This document shows, piece by piece, positions 32,326-42,347 of a stretch of DNA of 64,000 bases. A program made the translations under genes and the position numbers. Positions within the stretch are counted from its first letter, which is position 1; each line of letters starts with the position of its first letter. Below the pieces are notes generated by a model. That model saw only the letters and a program-made list of their open reading frames with translations. It made no database searches and was not told where the DNA came from. Source of the DNA: an uncultured Candidatus Binatia bacterium (GTDB taxonomy: Bacteria > Desulfobacterota > Binatia > UBA9968 > JAJDTQ01); assembly GCA_965213675.1 (NCBI GenBank), contig OZ243916.1, forward strand, positions 2,304,001-2,368,000, given 5' to 3'.

Positions 32326-32667
32326 ATGGACGGATGGATTGCGCGGCACGGGTTCTGGCCGCTGGCACTGCTCTGGCTGCCGGCCGGGGTCGTTGCGCAG
32401 GCGGTGGTCCGGTTCGCATCGTTCTCGGACGCATTCGCGGATCCCGGGGTGCTGTTGACAGCCCTGGGCTCGCTCGCCGTCACCGTCCCCTGCGGTCTGC
32501 CATTGGCGCTTGGCTGCCGGTGCCTCCGGCGTCTCGGCTACCGGCGCGGGGCCTGGGCTGCGGGCATCGCGCTGGGCGTGCCGACCGTGTGGATCACGGT
32601 CATTGCCGGGCTTCTCGGCCCCATCGCGATTGCGGTCTGCGCGGTGGTGCTCAGCCTGCCGGTCTAG
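32326..32667 (+). CDS. Small hypothetical integral membrane protein (possibly 3' truncated)
   Basis: 113 aa, ~4 hydrophobic segments, high-GC codon usage; frame continues TAG-IAWG-TGA-LARAGRKPSG. Confidence 0.5.
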   Translation: MDGWIARHGFWPLALLWLPAGVVAQAVVRFASFSDAFADPGVLLTALGSLAVTVPCGLPLALGCRCLRRLGYRRGAWAAGIALGVPTVWITVIAGLLGPIAIAVCAVVLSLPV

Positions 32668-32907
32668 ATCGCATGGGGGTGACTCGCGCGCGCCGGGAGG
32701 AAACCCAGCGGCTGAGCGCGGTGCCGACGGGCCGGCTGCGGAACACGGTGGCTGTATCAGGGCGCGATGGCTGCCGGACGGCGCCTGGCCGGCTACGCAG
32801 TAGGGCCGGCAGCCGAAATCCGGCGGCCGACGAGACGCCTCCGGCGCGACGGCGCCGGGCCGCCGGCTCGGAGGCCGGGGCAGGCTACCTGCAGCGGGGC
32901 GCGCCCG

Positions 32908-33942
32908 TCAGGACTGCGCATTCAGCTCCGCTTCGAGGACACCGAGGTCTTCGATCAGCGCCTCGAAGGCGGTCGCATCAGGCCGGACCATGCCGGCGCG
33001 GCGCATGGCGTCGTAGTCGGTCCGGAGGCCGGCGAGCCCGTCCTCGCCGGGAACGAGCCGGAACCCGCCGTCGAGGCAGTGGGCGTAGTTGGCATAGCCT
33101 GCGTTGAAGAAGACCGTCTTGTGGCGGACCACGTCCCGGAGCAATGCGCGGTCGGCAAGCGCCGTGCGGCCGGCCTCGTGCCGGGCGAGGCAGGCGAGAT
33201 CGAACCAGTGGCGCGACAGGCGCTCCGGCCCGGAGGCCAGCCGGCCCCGGTGGCATTCGACATGGATGAGCGTCGCCTTTTCCCAGAATGTGCGCGCCGG
33301 CGAGAGCACCGTCACGGTTGCGGCGGGCCAGTCGAGACCGTCGGTCAGGGCGGCAAGGTCGGGCACGATCTCGTGTCGTTCGTTCGGATCGATGACATTG
33401 CGCCCGCCGAACTCCAGCAGTACTTCGCTCGCCAGATAGCCGACGGGGTTCTCGACCGCCGACGGGTAGGCGACATGGACACGCTCGCCGTCCCCGTCGA
33501 TACGGACGGCATGGCGCCCGGACGCCGGCAGCTGGCCAGCGGCGGCCTCCAGCGCGGGACCGACGACCGTGCGGGTGTAATCGGCCACGCGGGCGCGGAG
33601 CCGGTCGCCGAACCGGCGGACTGCCGACCGGCTGATACCGGGGGCGAAAGGATCGAAGCCCTCGGCAAGAGCCCGGTAGTCGAGGCTGATGTCCACATCC
33701 TCGGAGAACCGGTCGACGATCCCGAACACCCTGGACAGCGAGGTGCCGCCCTTGAAGGCCATGGGGAGGGCGTCGGGCAGATCGAACAACACACGCAGCG
33801 CCCAGCAGATCCGGACATCCTTCTCCAGGATGACCGCCGGGCGGCCCGAGCGCGCGGCGGCGGTCTCCAGGATATCGCGCTGCTCTGCTGCCGGCAACGA
33901 CAGGAAAGGCTCAGCCAAGGGCCGGGTCCCCGTCGGCGGCAT
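32908..33942 (-). CDS. AbiEii/AbiGii family nucleotidyltransferase toxin
   Basis: LEKD..W, FKGGTSLS, RFSEDVD, RTFWEK, SRHWFDL; start may be TTG ~33918. Confidence 0.92.
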   Translation of the reverse strand: MPPTGTRPLAEPFLSLPAAEQRDILETAAARSGRPAVILEKDVRICWALRVLFDLPDALPMAFKGGTSLSRVFGIVDRFSEDVDISLDYRALAEGFDPFAPGISRSAVRRFGDRLRARVADYTRTVVGPALEAAAGQLPASGRHAVRIDGDGERVHVAYPSAVENPVGYLASEVLLEFGGRNVIDPNERHEIVPDLAALTDGLDWPAATVTVLSPARTFWEKATLIHVECHRGRLASGPERLSRHWFDLACLARHEAGRTALADRALLRDVVRHKTVFFNAGYANYAHCLDGGFRLVPGEDGLAGLRTDYDAMRRAGMVRPDATAFEALIEDLGVLEAELNAQS

Positions 33943-34516
33943 CGAGGGCTGCCGCCATCCAGGCCGGCAGGTCGGCCGTGCGGAGTTTCCCGAACGCGTC
34001 CGGCCCGATCACATCGGCAATCCGGGCGACCGCCTCCGGGGTCACGTTGTCCCTGCCGAGATACCAGAGCGCGGCAAGCGCCAGGCCGGCCGGCTCGCCG
34101 GCGAACTCGAGCCGGCGGCGGTTCGAGGTGTGGATCATCCGGACCGGCGTGCCGGCAATACGGATGGTGCGGCTCGATGCGCTGGTGTGGAACACGGGGA
34201 GGATCGGTGCCTGGGTGCTGAGGCCGAGCCGCCGTGCGGCTTCGGCGCCGTGGACCTGGACGGTCTCGCCATTGTCGCGGGCGATGGCCGCGACCGTTTC
34301 GGCGATGCCGGGCAGGACCGCGCCGACATACCGGTTCCGTCGGGGCCGGACGAAGACGCCGCGGGCGAGGCGCTCGATGGCGCCCTCGCGGACGATGCGC
34401 GAGAGCGCCCGGTCGATAGCGCCGCGCGAGCCCAGTGCGGCGAAGCGCGCGGTCGTGAACGGCCGGCCCCTCGGCAGGCTGCGGAGTTCGGTCCGGATGG
34501 CTTCGGCGGTAGACAT
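33911..34516 (-). CDS. DUF6088/AbiEi-type antitoxin
   Basis: GSRGAIDRALSR..G.IERLARGVF wHTH, GAEAARRLGLSTQ; overlaps the AbiEii start. Confidence 0.88.
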   Translation of the reverse strand: MSTAEAIRTELRSLPRGRPFTTARFAALGSRGAIDRALSRIVREGAIERLARGVFVRPRRNRYVGAVLPGIAETVAAIARDNGETVQVHGAEAARRLGLSTQAPILPVFHTSASSRTIRIAGTPVRMIHTSNRRRLEFAGEPAGLALAALWYLGRDNVTPEAVARIADVIGPDAFGKLRTADLPAWMAAALDAADGDPALG

Positions 34517-34942
34517 GGCGGTCCCTTCCCTGTCCGAAAACATAGGTGTTTTTCCATCACCGGACAAGTACACCGACAAGCGGACCGTGCCGGGCCGGCT
34601 GCGCTGAGGTGGTCCTGTGTCCTTGGACAGGATGGGGGCGGAGTCAAGCTGTATTCCGGATGATCGATCATGCCGCCAGGGTCCTGTTTAACACGTCCTG
34701 CTGTTCCGGTTGAGCCGGCAGAGAGGCAGGGGAACTGCAGCGCTGTGCCGGGCTCTGCGTCAGCATTCCCTTTTCGTAGGCCTCGACCGGCGTAGAGCCC
34801 GCCAAGGCGGCCATCGGGCCGGGGATGGCGGTTTACACCCGCTACGCCAGGGTGGCCGATGCGGGGATGGGGGCAACGAACGCCAACCGCCCCAACGACT
34901 CTGCGGGGTCGTGTGCGACGCCGGCGCGGCGGGTGCCGTTTC

Positions 34943-36163
34943 TCAGGTCCACAGACATGAAAGGGGCACCGCCGCCAACCTCTCGCCGAACGGCACGACG
35001 TCGGCACTGTCATACAGGACGATGCCACAGGCGAAGCGCTCGCGGCACGCTTTCGCCAAGGTCCGCAGCCCCGCGAAATCTCTCGGCCGGACCGTTGCCG
35101 ACGCCTTGACCTCAATCCCCGCGATCATGCCGTCATCGCGCTCCAGGACGATGTCCACCTCGTGCATCTGTTCGTCGCGAAAATGGTAAGGCGTCAACTC
35201 CATGTCCGTCGCGGTAATGAGCTTCAAGACTTCGGAGAATACGAAACTCTTCAGGACTGGCCCGAACTCGCCACGGTCGACCTTGACCCGACGGAAATTC
35301 AGTCCTCGTGCCGCGCCCAGCAACCCGGCGTCGAGGAAATGCAGCTTCGGCGTCCTGACGATGCGCTTCAGCGCATTCGTGTACCAAGGCTGCACCGTGG
35401 CGACGAGAAATATCTGTTCCAGCATCGCGACGTAGCGCTGCCCTGTCTTGTAGTTGACATCGATGCCGGAACCCAGCCGCGAGTAATTCACCAATTGGTC
35501 CGCGTGCTCAGCCAGGAGTCGGAGGAATTTGGGCAACTCGGTCCACTTTTCGATCTCTCCAATGTCCCGCAAGTCGCGGGTCAGAACCGAGTTCAGGTAG
35601 GCTCGCGCCCAATTCTGACGCCGCTGCTCGGTAGCGCGACCGATGGCCTCCGGGTAGCCGCCAAGCAACGCCAACCGCATCATGTCGTCTCCGATGACCG
35701 GCTCAGACGCCCTCTGTAGCCGCCCGTCGAAAAGGCGTTTCAGAAAGGCCGGCGTCTTGCCTTCCACTTCGGCTCGGGCCAGCGGCAGCATGCGGATGGT
35801 CTCGATCCGGCCTGCCAAACTGTCCGCCACCTTGGGCAAGGTCATCACGTTGGCCGAACCAGTCAACAGGAACCGCCCCGGGCGATAATCCTCGTCCACC
35901 GCTCTTTTGATGGCCAGCAGGAGATCCGGTGCGCGCTGGACTTCATCAATGATGGCGCGATCCAGACCACGGATGAAACCGGACGGGTCCGACCTTGCCA
36001 CATCCAGAGCCGTTTGATCGTCAAGGGTGACGTAGTTCCGACCCTTGTGGGCCATTCCACGCACCAGTGTCGTCTTGCCTGCCCGGCGCGGACCCACGAT
36101 CAGGACCACCGGAGTGTCTGCCAGAGCCTCCTCTGCCCGTCGCTCTACGAATCGCTTGTACAT
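34943..36163 (-). CDS. AAA ATPase with C-terminal DUF4143 domain
   Basis: GPRRAGKTT, IDEVQR, LTGS, SLAGR, GGYP, PKLHFLD.G, EVD..EVK. Confidence 0.9.
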   Translation of the reverse strand: MYKRFVERRAEEALADTPVVLIVGPRRAGKTTLVRGMAHKGRNYVTLDDQTALDVARSDPSGFIRGLDRAIIDEVQRAPDLLLAIKRAVDEDYRPGRFLLTGSANVMTLPKVADSLAGRIETIRMLPLARAEVEGKTPAFLKRLFDGRLQRASEPVIGDDMMRLALLGGYPEAIGRATEQRRQNWARAYLNSVLTRDLRDIGEIEKWTELPKFLRLLAEHADQLVNYSRLGSGIDVNYKTGQRYVAMLEQIFLVATVQPWYTNALKRIVRTPKLHFLDAGLLGAARGLNFRRVKVDRGEFGPVLKSFVFSEVLKLITATDMELTPYHFRDEQMHEVDIVLERDDGMIAGIEVKASATVRPRDFAGLRTLAKACRERFACGIVLYDSADVVPFGERLAAVPLSCLWT

Positions 36164-36542
36164 GTCGCTCCCACTGGATGTCATCCAGAGAATAGACCAT
36201 GACAAACAGGAGTCAAGGACATGTCAATTAGTATTGAAATAAACGACAATTAGAAAATTGTGGCATGTCGATCAGCATCGATGACTCTGTAAATTAGTGG
36301 GGGCGGCTCCTGGAACCAATCGATTCCGACAGGAAACGCTACCCGTTCACCTCGGCCGTTCCGCGCGCGCCAGCAGCTCCGCCGAGTCGTAGTTGACGCT
36401 GGTCACATTGAAGTCGGGTTCCTGGCGGAAGGGTCGGCGGAGGTAGCGGACTCGGGTGACGACCCTCGCCCGCACCGCCCGTTTCGTGTATCGTGGCTTT
36501 CGGTTCGATGGACCTGTGGGAAGAACCATCAGGAGGAGTTCC

Positions 36543-37712
36543 ATGAACAATCTTCGCGGCAAGTATGCCATCGTGGGGGTGGGGCACAGCAAGCTCGGCA
36601 AGGTGCCGGAGATGGGCCCCATCGGGATGTTCGCGCTGGCGGCGCGGAACGCCATTGCGGACGCGGGGCTCGCAAAGGCGGACGTCGACGGGTTGGTCAC
36701 CAGGGGGCCGGACGACGTCTACTGCCACCACCAGCGGGTGGGGGCGGCGCTGGGCCTGAACGTGACCTACAGCACCTCCACCGACAACGGCGGCGCGAGC
36801 CAGGTGCTGGGCGTGGCCATGGCCTGCATGGCCATCGACGCGGGGCTGTGCAACACGGTGGTGGTGGGGTTCGGACGGGATACGTGGTCGCGCACGCACC
36901 GCACCGAAACCGCGCGCAAGCGGGTCAGCATCGGCATTCAGAACCAGGGGGAGTTCGGGCCGGAGTTCGGCTGGTTCGGCGCCCCGTCCAATTACGCGGT
37001 GTCCGCCCGGCGCCACATGAAGCTCTACGGCACCACCAAGGAGCAGCTGGGGCACATCGCGGTGGCGTTCCGCGACCACGCGAGCCGGAACCCCAACGCC
37101 TTCTTCCAGAAACCCTTGACCATCGAGGAGTACCTGAGCGCCCGGATGATCGTGGATCCGCTGTGCCTCTACGACTGCAGCATCTACATCGACGGCGCCG
37201 CGGCGGTGGTGGTGACCTCGGCGGAACGCGCCCGGGACCTGAAAAGGCCGCCAGCCCATGTCATGGGGTTCGGTTTCGGCAACCGGCTCAGCGGCTGGTT
37301 CGAGGACAGCAACATGCTCACCACCGGGGCCAAGGAGGCGGGCGAAGCGGCCTACCGCATGGCCGGCATCGGCCCCGGCGACGTGGACACCGCGCAGCTC
37401 TATGACTGCTTCACGCAGATGGTGCTGCTCCAGCTCGAGGACTACGGCTTCTGCAAGAAGGGCGAAGGCGGACCCTTCGCGGGCTCGGGCGCCTTGTTGC
37501 TCGACGGCGCCATGCCCACCAACACGTCGGGCGGGCAGCTTTCTGAAGGGCATACCGAAGGCATGCTGCAGATTGTCGAGGGTGTCCGGCAAATCCGGCA
37601 CGAGCACACCCCGGACCGTCAAGTGAAGGACGCCGAGGTGGCTCTCGTGAGCGGCCACGGCGGCAACACCGCCTGCCAGTCCGCGATGATTCTCGCAAGG
37701 GCAGCATCATGA
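36543..37712 (+). CDS. Thiolase-like (SCP-x/Ltp type) protein
   Basis: AIVGVG, NPNA, L.LYDC...DGAAAVVV, QLYDCFT, NTSGGQLSEG; AGGAGG RBS. Confidence 0.88.
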   Translation: MNNLRGKYAIVGVGHSKLGKVPEMGPIGMFALAARNAIADAGLAKADVDGLVTRGPDDVYCHHQRVGAALGLNVTYSTSTDNGGASQVLGVAMACMAIDAGLCNTVVVGFGRDTWSRTHRTETARKRVSIGIQNQGEFGPEFGWFGAPSNYAVSARRHMKLYGTTKEQLGHIAVAFRDHASRNPNAFFQKPLTIEEYLSARMIVDPLCLYDCSIYIDGAAAVVVTSAERARDLKRPPAHVMGFGFGNRLSGWFEDSNMLTTGAKEAGEAAYRMAGIGPGDVDTAQLYDCFTQMVLLQLEDYGFCKKGEGGPFAGSGALLLDGAMPTNTSGGQLSEGHTEGMLQIVEGVRQIRHEHTPDRQVKDAEVALVSGHGGNTACQSAMILARAAS

Positions 37713-38155
37713 GCGAGTACGCCAAGCCCCTGCCCTATCCCACGGTGGAGTCCGAGCCCTTCTGGGAGGGCTGCAAGCGCCACGAGCTGCTGTTGCCGCA
37801 ATGCCGTCAGTGCAGCGGATACTGGTTCCCGCCGGGTGCCACCTGCCCGCATTGCTGGAGCACGGAGTGGGACTGGAAGAAGGCCTCGGGCCGCGGCCGG
37901 ATACACTCGTTCGGCATCTACAACCGGGTGTACCACCCGGGCTTCGAGGGCGAGATTCCCTACGTGTTCGCGGTCATTCAACTGGATGAAGGGCCGCGGA
38001 TGGTGAGCAACGTGGTGAACGAGTCGCCGGACAAGCTCGAGTGCGACCAGCCGGTGGAGGTGGTGTTCGAGGATGTCACCGAGGAGGTGACGCTCTACAA
38101 GTTCGCGCCCGCTGGTGACGCCGGGACGCCGGAAACTACCCCGACGCCTCGGTGA
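37709..38155 (+). CDS. DUF35 Zn-ribbon/OB-fold protein
   Basis: PFWEG, CxxC..FPP..CPHC, SGRG, PYV..IQLDEGPRM; ATGA overlap with the thiolase. Confidence 0.9.
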   Translation: MSEYAKPLPYPTVESEPFWEGCKRHELLLPQCRQCSGYWFPPGATCPHCWSTEWDWKKASGRGRIHSFGIYNRVYHPGFEGEIPYVFAVIQLDEGPRMVSNVVNESPDKLECDQPVEVVFEDVTEEVTLYKFAPAGDAGTPETTPTPR

Positions 38156-38810
38156 GGGTACGGATAAGGTTTTCGGCCTGTGGGTTCTTGACCTTTCTCC
38201 GGATCAGGATATCCGTCGGCGTAGCCTTGCTGTCGCCGTAGTAGGTCCGATTGTCCTCATTGTTGACGATCACGCCCCCGCCCTCGAGGGTGAGGCCCCC
38301 GTACAACCCCTTGACACGGGCGAACGAGAAGATGTCGAAGATCTCGGCCTTGGCGCCGATGCCCTCCGGGCCCAGGCCGATGCTCGCGTCGGCGCCGAGG
38401 TGGATCTTGTCGCCCAGGAACCTTCTCAAGCCCGTATCCGTCATGATCATGAGAATGACCTGCCCGCCGGCGACGCCGAACTGGAGGCCGAAGGACCCCG
38501 CAAGGACATCGTAGAAAGCCGGATTGCTCCAGTTCCCGTCCCGGTCCTGCGCCAGGAGCACGCCGTTGCCCCCGTACGCGCCCAGGAAAAATCCTCCCCT
38601 TACCCACGTGGGCATGATCAGGAGCCCCTTGGCGTGACGCACGTTCTTGCGGAACCAGGTCATGCGGGAATCCTTCTGGAAGTCCCGGAACGCGAACTGG
38701 GCCTCGGTCACTCTTTGCTCAAGCTTCTCCCGGTCCACCGCGCCCGACGGGACGATGGACACCACGGTGAACAGGATCAGGACGGCGAGAGATACCAGGA
38801 ATCTTTGCAT
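38136..38810 (-). CDS. Lipid-binding SYLF (Ysc84) domain protein, secreted
   Basis: Signal peptide, AKGLLI.P, GGFFLG..GG.GVL, WSNPAF, SFGLQFG, KGLYGGLTLEG, N..YYG. Confidence 0.88.
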   Translation of the reverse strand: MQRFLVSLAVLILFTVVSIVPSGAVDREKLEQRVTEAQFAFRDFQKDSRMTWFRKNVRHAKGLLIMPTWVRGGFFLGAYGGNGVLLAQDRDGNWSNPAFYDVLAGSFGLQFGVAGGQVILMIMTDTGLRRFLGDKIHLGADASIGLGPEGIGAKAEIFDIFSFARVKGLYGGLTLEGGGVIVNNEDNRTYYGDSKATPTDILIRRKVKNPQAENLIRTLTEASG

Positions 38811-38937
38811 CGAGCACCTCGCTTCCCTTGGTGAACGGCAGGCCATGAACGGTGTGCGTGACCGCATGATCCAAAAGATAACATGCTGGACGGCGATGGA
38901 AAACGAAGATGGTGGCGTAGAGGGGGGACGCGCCGCC

Positions 38938-39981
38938 TCAGAACTCCATGCCGATGCCGGCCGCCCGGGCCTTGTCGTGGGCCAGCCGCGCCAGGGCCAT
39001 GTATCCCACGCCCTGATCGCTGTTCTGCTTGAAGAGGGTTATGTCGCGGTCGCTCCGGCGTCCCTGGACCTTCCCGGTCACCAGCGCGCTCAGATCCTTG
39101 ACATCGTCCCAGGCGATGACGCCGTTCTGGACGGGCCCCAGCAGGTCCCCCTGCTCGTCCTGGATCCCCTGCTGCACCAAGGTCGCCACGATCACGTCGG
39201 CCCGGGCCAGCACCTCGTCGTCCAGCTCCCGCCGCGGATGGCTGACCAGCCCTTCCATGAGCAACTCCTTGTTGCTGCCCACAATGGAGGTCACATGCAC
39301 CCCCTCCTCCAGCCAGCGTCCGAACACCACGGGCATGTTGCTGCCGGTGGCGCACACGATGATGTCGACGTTCCGGGCGGCGTCCTCGGCCCGCTCCACC
39401 GGCTTCAACTCCGCGTCCACGCAGGCCTGCATGGTCTCGCAGAAACTGCGGCGGTTGCCGGCGCTGCGGCTGTAGACCCGGACCTCGGTGATGGGCCGGA
39501 TGGCGCACATGGCCTCCAGGTGGCGCCGCGCCTGACGGCCGGTGCCGAGGATGCCCAGAATCCGGGCATCCTCACGCGCCAGCCAGCGGGTGCCGGCGGC
39601 GCTGGTAATGGCGGTCTCGGTGGCGAACTCGTCTCCCGGGGCCTCCCGCCGGTAGAAAGGCGGACAGCCGGCGATGATGGCCAGGAGCGCGCCAGTCTCG
39701 CTGTCGTAACAGACATAGACCCGGGTCCCCACTGCCGCGTAGCTCTGATCGTTGGCCGTGTAGTTGTGGCGCTCGTAGTGCACGAAGGTCCCGGCCACGC
39801 TCAGGGGCACACATCCGCCCGAGTGCACGCTGATGCGGCGGTCGTCGGCGAGCATGCGCTGGCGCGGCAGGCTGAAGAGGGGATGGTCCTCCTGGGAGGC
39901 GAATCCCCGCTCCACGGCGTCCACCGCCTCGGTGATGGATATGAGCCCCTTGAGTTCTTCTGCCTTGATGAACAGCGCCAT
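38938..39981 (-). CDS. Ornithine cyclodeaminase/mu-crystallin family protein
   Basis: YDSETGALLA, GTGRQARRHL, DIIVCAT, G.HV.SI, RRELD, GRRSDRDITLFK. Confidence 0.85.
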   Translation of the reverse strand: MALFIKAEELKGLISITEAVDAVERGFASQEDHPLFSLPRQRMLADDRRISVHSGGCVPLSVAGTFVHYERHNYTANDQSYAAVGTRVYVCYDSETGALLAIIAGCPPFYRREAPGDEFATETAITSAAGTRWLAREDARILGILGTGRQARRHLEAMCAIRPITEVRVYSRSAGNRRSFCETMQACVDAELKPVERAEDAARNVDIIVCATGSNMPVVFGRWLEEGVHVTSIVGSNKELLMEGLVSHPRRELDDEVLARADVIVATLVQQGIQDEQGDLLGPVQNGVIAWDDVKDLSALVTGKVQGRRSDRDITLFKQNSDQGVGYMALARLAHDKARAAGIGMEF

Positions 39982-40085
39982 GGACGTTGAGCCAGATCCG
40001 GCAAACTCCTGGCGAGGCTACGCCTCAGACCGATGAGTCCGAAAATATCCTGTCTTTTCAGTCATGATCGGAAGAATCCGGGATT

Positions 40086-40250
40086 CTAGTGTGGTGTCTG
40101 GTTAATTCGCGTCATAATCTGCGGGTCTTTTTCGCCGTCGGCTGCGTTGCTCTTCCTCGCGTGGTACACGCCACTGCTCGTCATCGCGCCTTGCCGACAA
40201 CAAAAAATCCTCCGCAGATTATGACCCGAATTAACCAGACACCACACTAG
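40086..40250 (-). mobile_element. MITE/ERIC-like repeat, copy 4 (165 bp, inverted orientation)
   Basis: 39-bp terminal IR CTAGTGTGGTGTCTGGTTAATTCG(C/G)GTCATAATCTGCGG with one mismatch; core is the reverse complement of copies 1 and 2. Confidence 0.9.
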
Positions 40251-40266
40251 CGTGGCGTTTCACCCA

Positions 40267-41115
40267 TCAGCGGTGCGCCTGGGTGAACTCCAGCGTGCGC
40301 TCGCACACGTTCTCCGTGGTCTGGTCGGGCGGCATGACGTTCCAGAACTCACCGTTGGGCAGGCACTCGCGCAGGTAGTGGGCTCCGGAGGTGGCGTGGG
40401 AGGCGTCGTCGCCGGGCATGATGACGGACGGCGCCTTGATGCCCATGACCTCCTCGGCCGTGGCGCCGGTGGCGGTGTCGCGATCAAACAGATCCGGACC
40501 GGTGGCGGCGATGATGCCCATGTAGCGGTCCGGGTCCTCGGCGGCGAAGCGCTCGGCAAAGGCGCTGTCCCGGGCGATGACCGAAGCCCAGGGGCCGGAC
40601 TCGGGATCGGTCCAGTAAGTCGTCCCTTTCGATGCCCGTTCCACAACGCCGTCGAGGCCATGCTCCTTGACGAAGCTCAGGTGGCGCGCGAAACGGGCCT
40701 GGCTCGCGGCCTTCCAGCGGTAGCCGCCCACCGGCCAGTGGAGAATCAGCCCGCGGGTCCGTTCCGGAAAGTTGACGCCGAAGGAGAGCGCCACCGAGCA
40801 GCCCATGCAGCCGCCCATGACAAAGGCGGCGTCGATGCCGAGATGGTCCAGGAGCTGCTTGCCCTGGGTGGCGTAGGTGGTCCAGGTGACGCGCTCCACG
40901 CGCCCTCCGGACTTCCCCGACTCCCGCCGGTCGTAGGCGATGACCTGATGTTCGGTGGCAAGCTTCGCCAGGGCGTCCATGCCTTTCCAGGCCGTGGACA
41001 CGCGCCACTTCTCGATGGTGGAGTCGAACCCGCCGGGGGCCAGCATCAGCAGCGGCGGGCCGGAGCCGTAGATTTCATAATAGACTTCGATACCGTCGAT
41101 GACAGCCGTGGACAT
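40267..41115 (-). CDS. Alpha/beta hydrolase (G-G-C-M-G elbow)
   Basis: YYEIYGSGPPLL, YDRRESGKS, GGCMG, PGDDASH. Confidence 0.82.
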   Translation of the reverse strand: MSTAVIDGIEVYYEIYGSGPPLLMLAPGGFDSTIEKWRVSTAWKGMDALAKLATEHQVIAYDRRESGKSGGRVERVTWTTYATQGKQLLDHLGIDAAFVMGGCMGCSVALSFGVNFPERTRGLILHWPVGGYRWKAASQARFARHLSFVKEHGLDGVVERASKGTTYWTDPESGPWASVIARDSAFAERFAAEDPDRYMGIIAATGPDLFDRDTATGATAEEVMGIKAPSVIMPGDDASHATSGAHYLRECLPNGEFWNVMPPDQTTENVCERTLEFTQAHR

Positions 41116-41241
41116 GCAGTTCCTCCCGAACACCCGCAAACACGCGCGCATGGCGCATGCACCGGGCCTGGATGATGTTTCCCCACGCTTAGCCCAAGCA
41201 TCCGGGCCGGTCAAACGAACCAGAACACGGCCGTTCCGCCA

Positions 41242-41271
41242 TTGACCCGACGGGAACCCGGGTCCTATACT
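41242..41271 (+). promoter_or_regulatory. Candidate sigma-70 promoter of the amidohydrolase
   Basis: TTGACC-18 nt-TATACT. Confidence 0.55.
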
Positions 41272-41318
41272 CCGTGCTCTCCGTGCTTCATGTTCCGGTG
41301 ATTGGAGGAACCTGGAAA

Positions 41319-42248
41319 ATGCTCATCGATTGGCATTCGCACCACACCGCTCCCGAAGTGGTGGACGCATTCAAACAGAAGGCCGGGAAGGCGCCCAAGG
41401 TGGACGCCTGCGATTCGGTGGACTTCGACCTGCGGCTGGCCGAACTGGACGATGCGGGCATCGACTTCCAGCTCGTCTGCCAAGGGGCGAGCGAGGACGC
41501 CGACCAGCTCGACGGCGCCGACGCCATGGCCATGGCGCGCCTGTCCAACGACGTGCTGGCGGAGCGCATTGGCGGCCATGCCGACCGCTTCGGCGGCATC
41601 ACGGCGCTGTCGCTCAAGAACGTCGCGGAGTCGGTGGAGGAAATCGAGCGCATGGCCTCCCGCGGTTTCAAGGCGGTGCTCATCTATCCGCGGGTGGACG
41701 GGGAAATGAAGGTGGACCTGCCGGACCTCGATCCGGTGTTCGCCAAGGTGTCGGAACTGGGCCTGCCGCTCTTCCTTCACGGCAGCGGCGCGGCCAAGGA
41801 CCCCACGCTCCAGCGCCTGGAGGACGGCGGCGCCGGGGTAGCCTACAGCGTGCTGTCGGACGCGAGCGTGAACGAGTGCGTCATGCGCATGATCGCCAGC
41901 GGCCTCTTCGACCGCTACCCCAATCTCCGGATCGTGATCCGCAGCGGCGGCGGCGGCATCCCGTTGCTGGTCCAGAGGATGTTCTGGAAGCACCAGGGAG
42001 CGGAGGGCGAGAAGCGCTATTCCGACATCTTCCTGGAGCACTTCTGCATCGACACGGCGAGCGTCCGGCCCAAGGCGCTGCCCTTCCTCGCCGACGTGAT
42101 GGGCCCAGAGGGCGTCGTCTTCGGGTCGGACTATTGTGGTGGTTTGGGGCCGCTCAAGAAGGCGTTGACCGTCGTGGATGCACAGGAGAACGCCTCGGAG
42201 ATCCGCTCGCGCACGGAGCGAACCTCGCGCGCAATGCTGCGCCTGTAG
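41319..42248 (+). CDS. Amidohydrolase-2 family protein
   Basis: IDWHSH, LPLFLHG, GLFDRYPNLRI, FGSDY; GGAGG RBS. Confidence 0.85.
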   Translation: MLIDWHSHHTAPEVVDAFKQKAGKAPKVDACDSVDFDLRLAELDDAGIDFQLVCQGASEDADQLDGADAMAMARLSNDVLAERIGGHADRFGGITALSLKNVAESVEEIERMASRGFKAVLIYPRVDGEMKVDLPDLDPVFAKVSELGLPLFLHGSGAAKDPTLQRLEDGGAGVAYSVLSDASVNECVMRMIASGLFDRYPNLRIVIRSGGGGIPLLVQRMFWKHQGAEGEKRYSDIFLEHFCIDTASVRPKALPFLADVMGPEGVVFGSDYCGGLGPLKKALTVVDAQENASEIRSRTERTSRAMLRL

Positions 42249-42347
42249 GGCTTCATCGGGGCGCGGGCGCCGATGCGCTCGGCATCCATGACGGGGCGCC
42301 GTTGAACGGCGCGTTGCCGGCCCCCACGGGTTCGGGACCGGCCCCGT

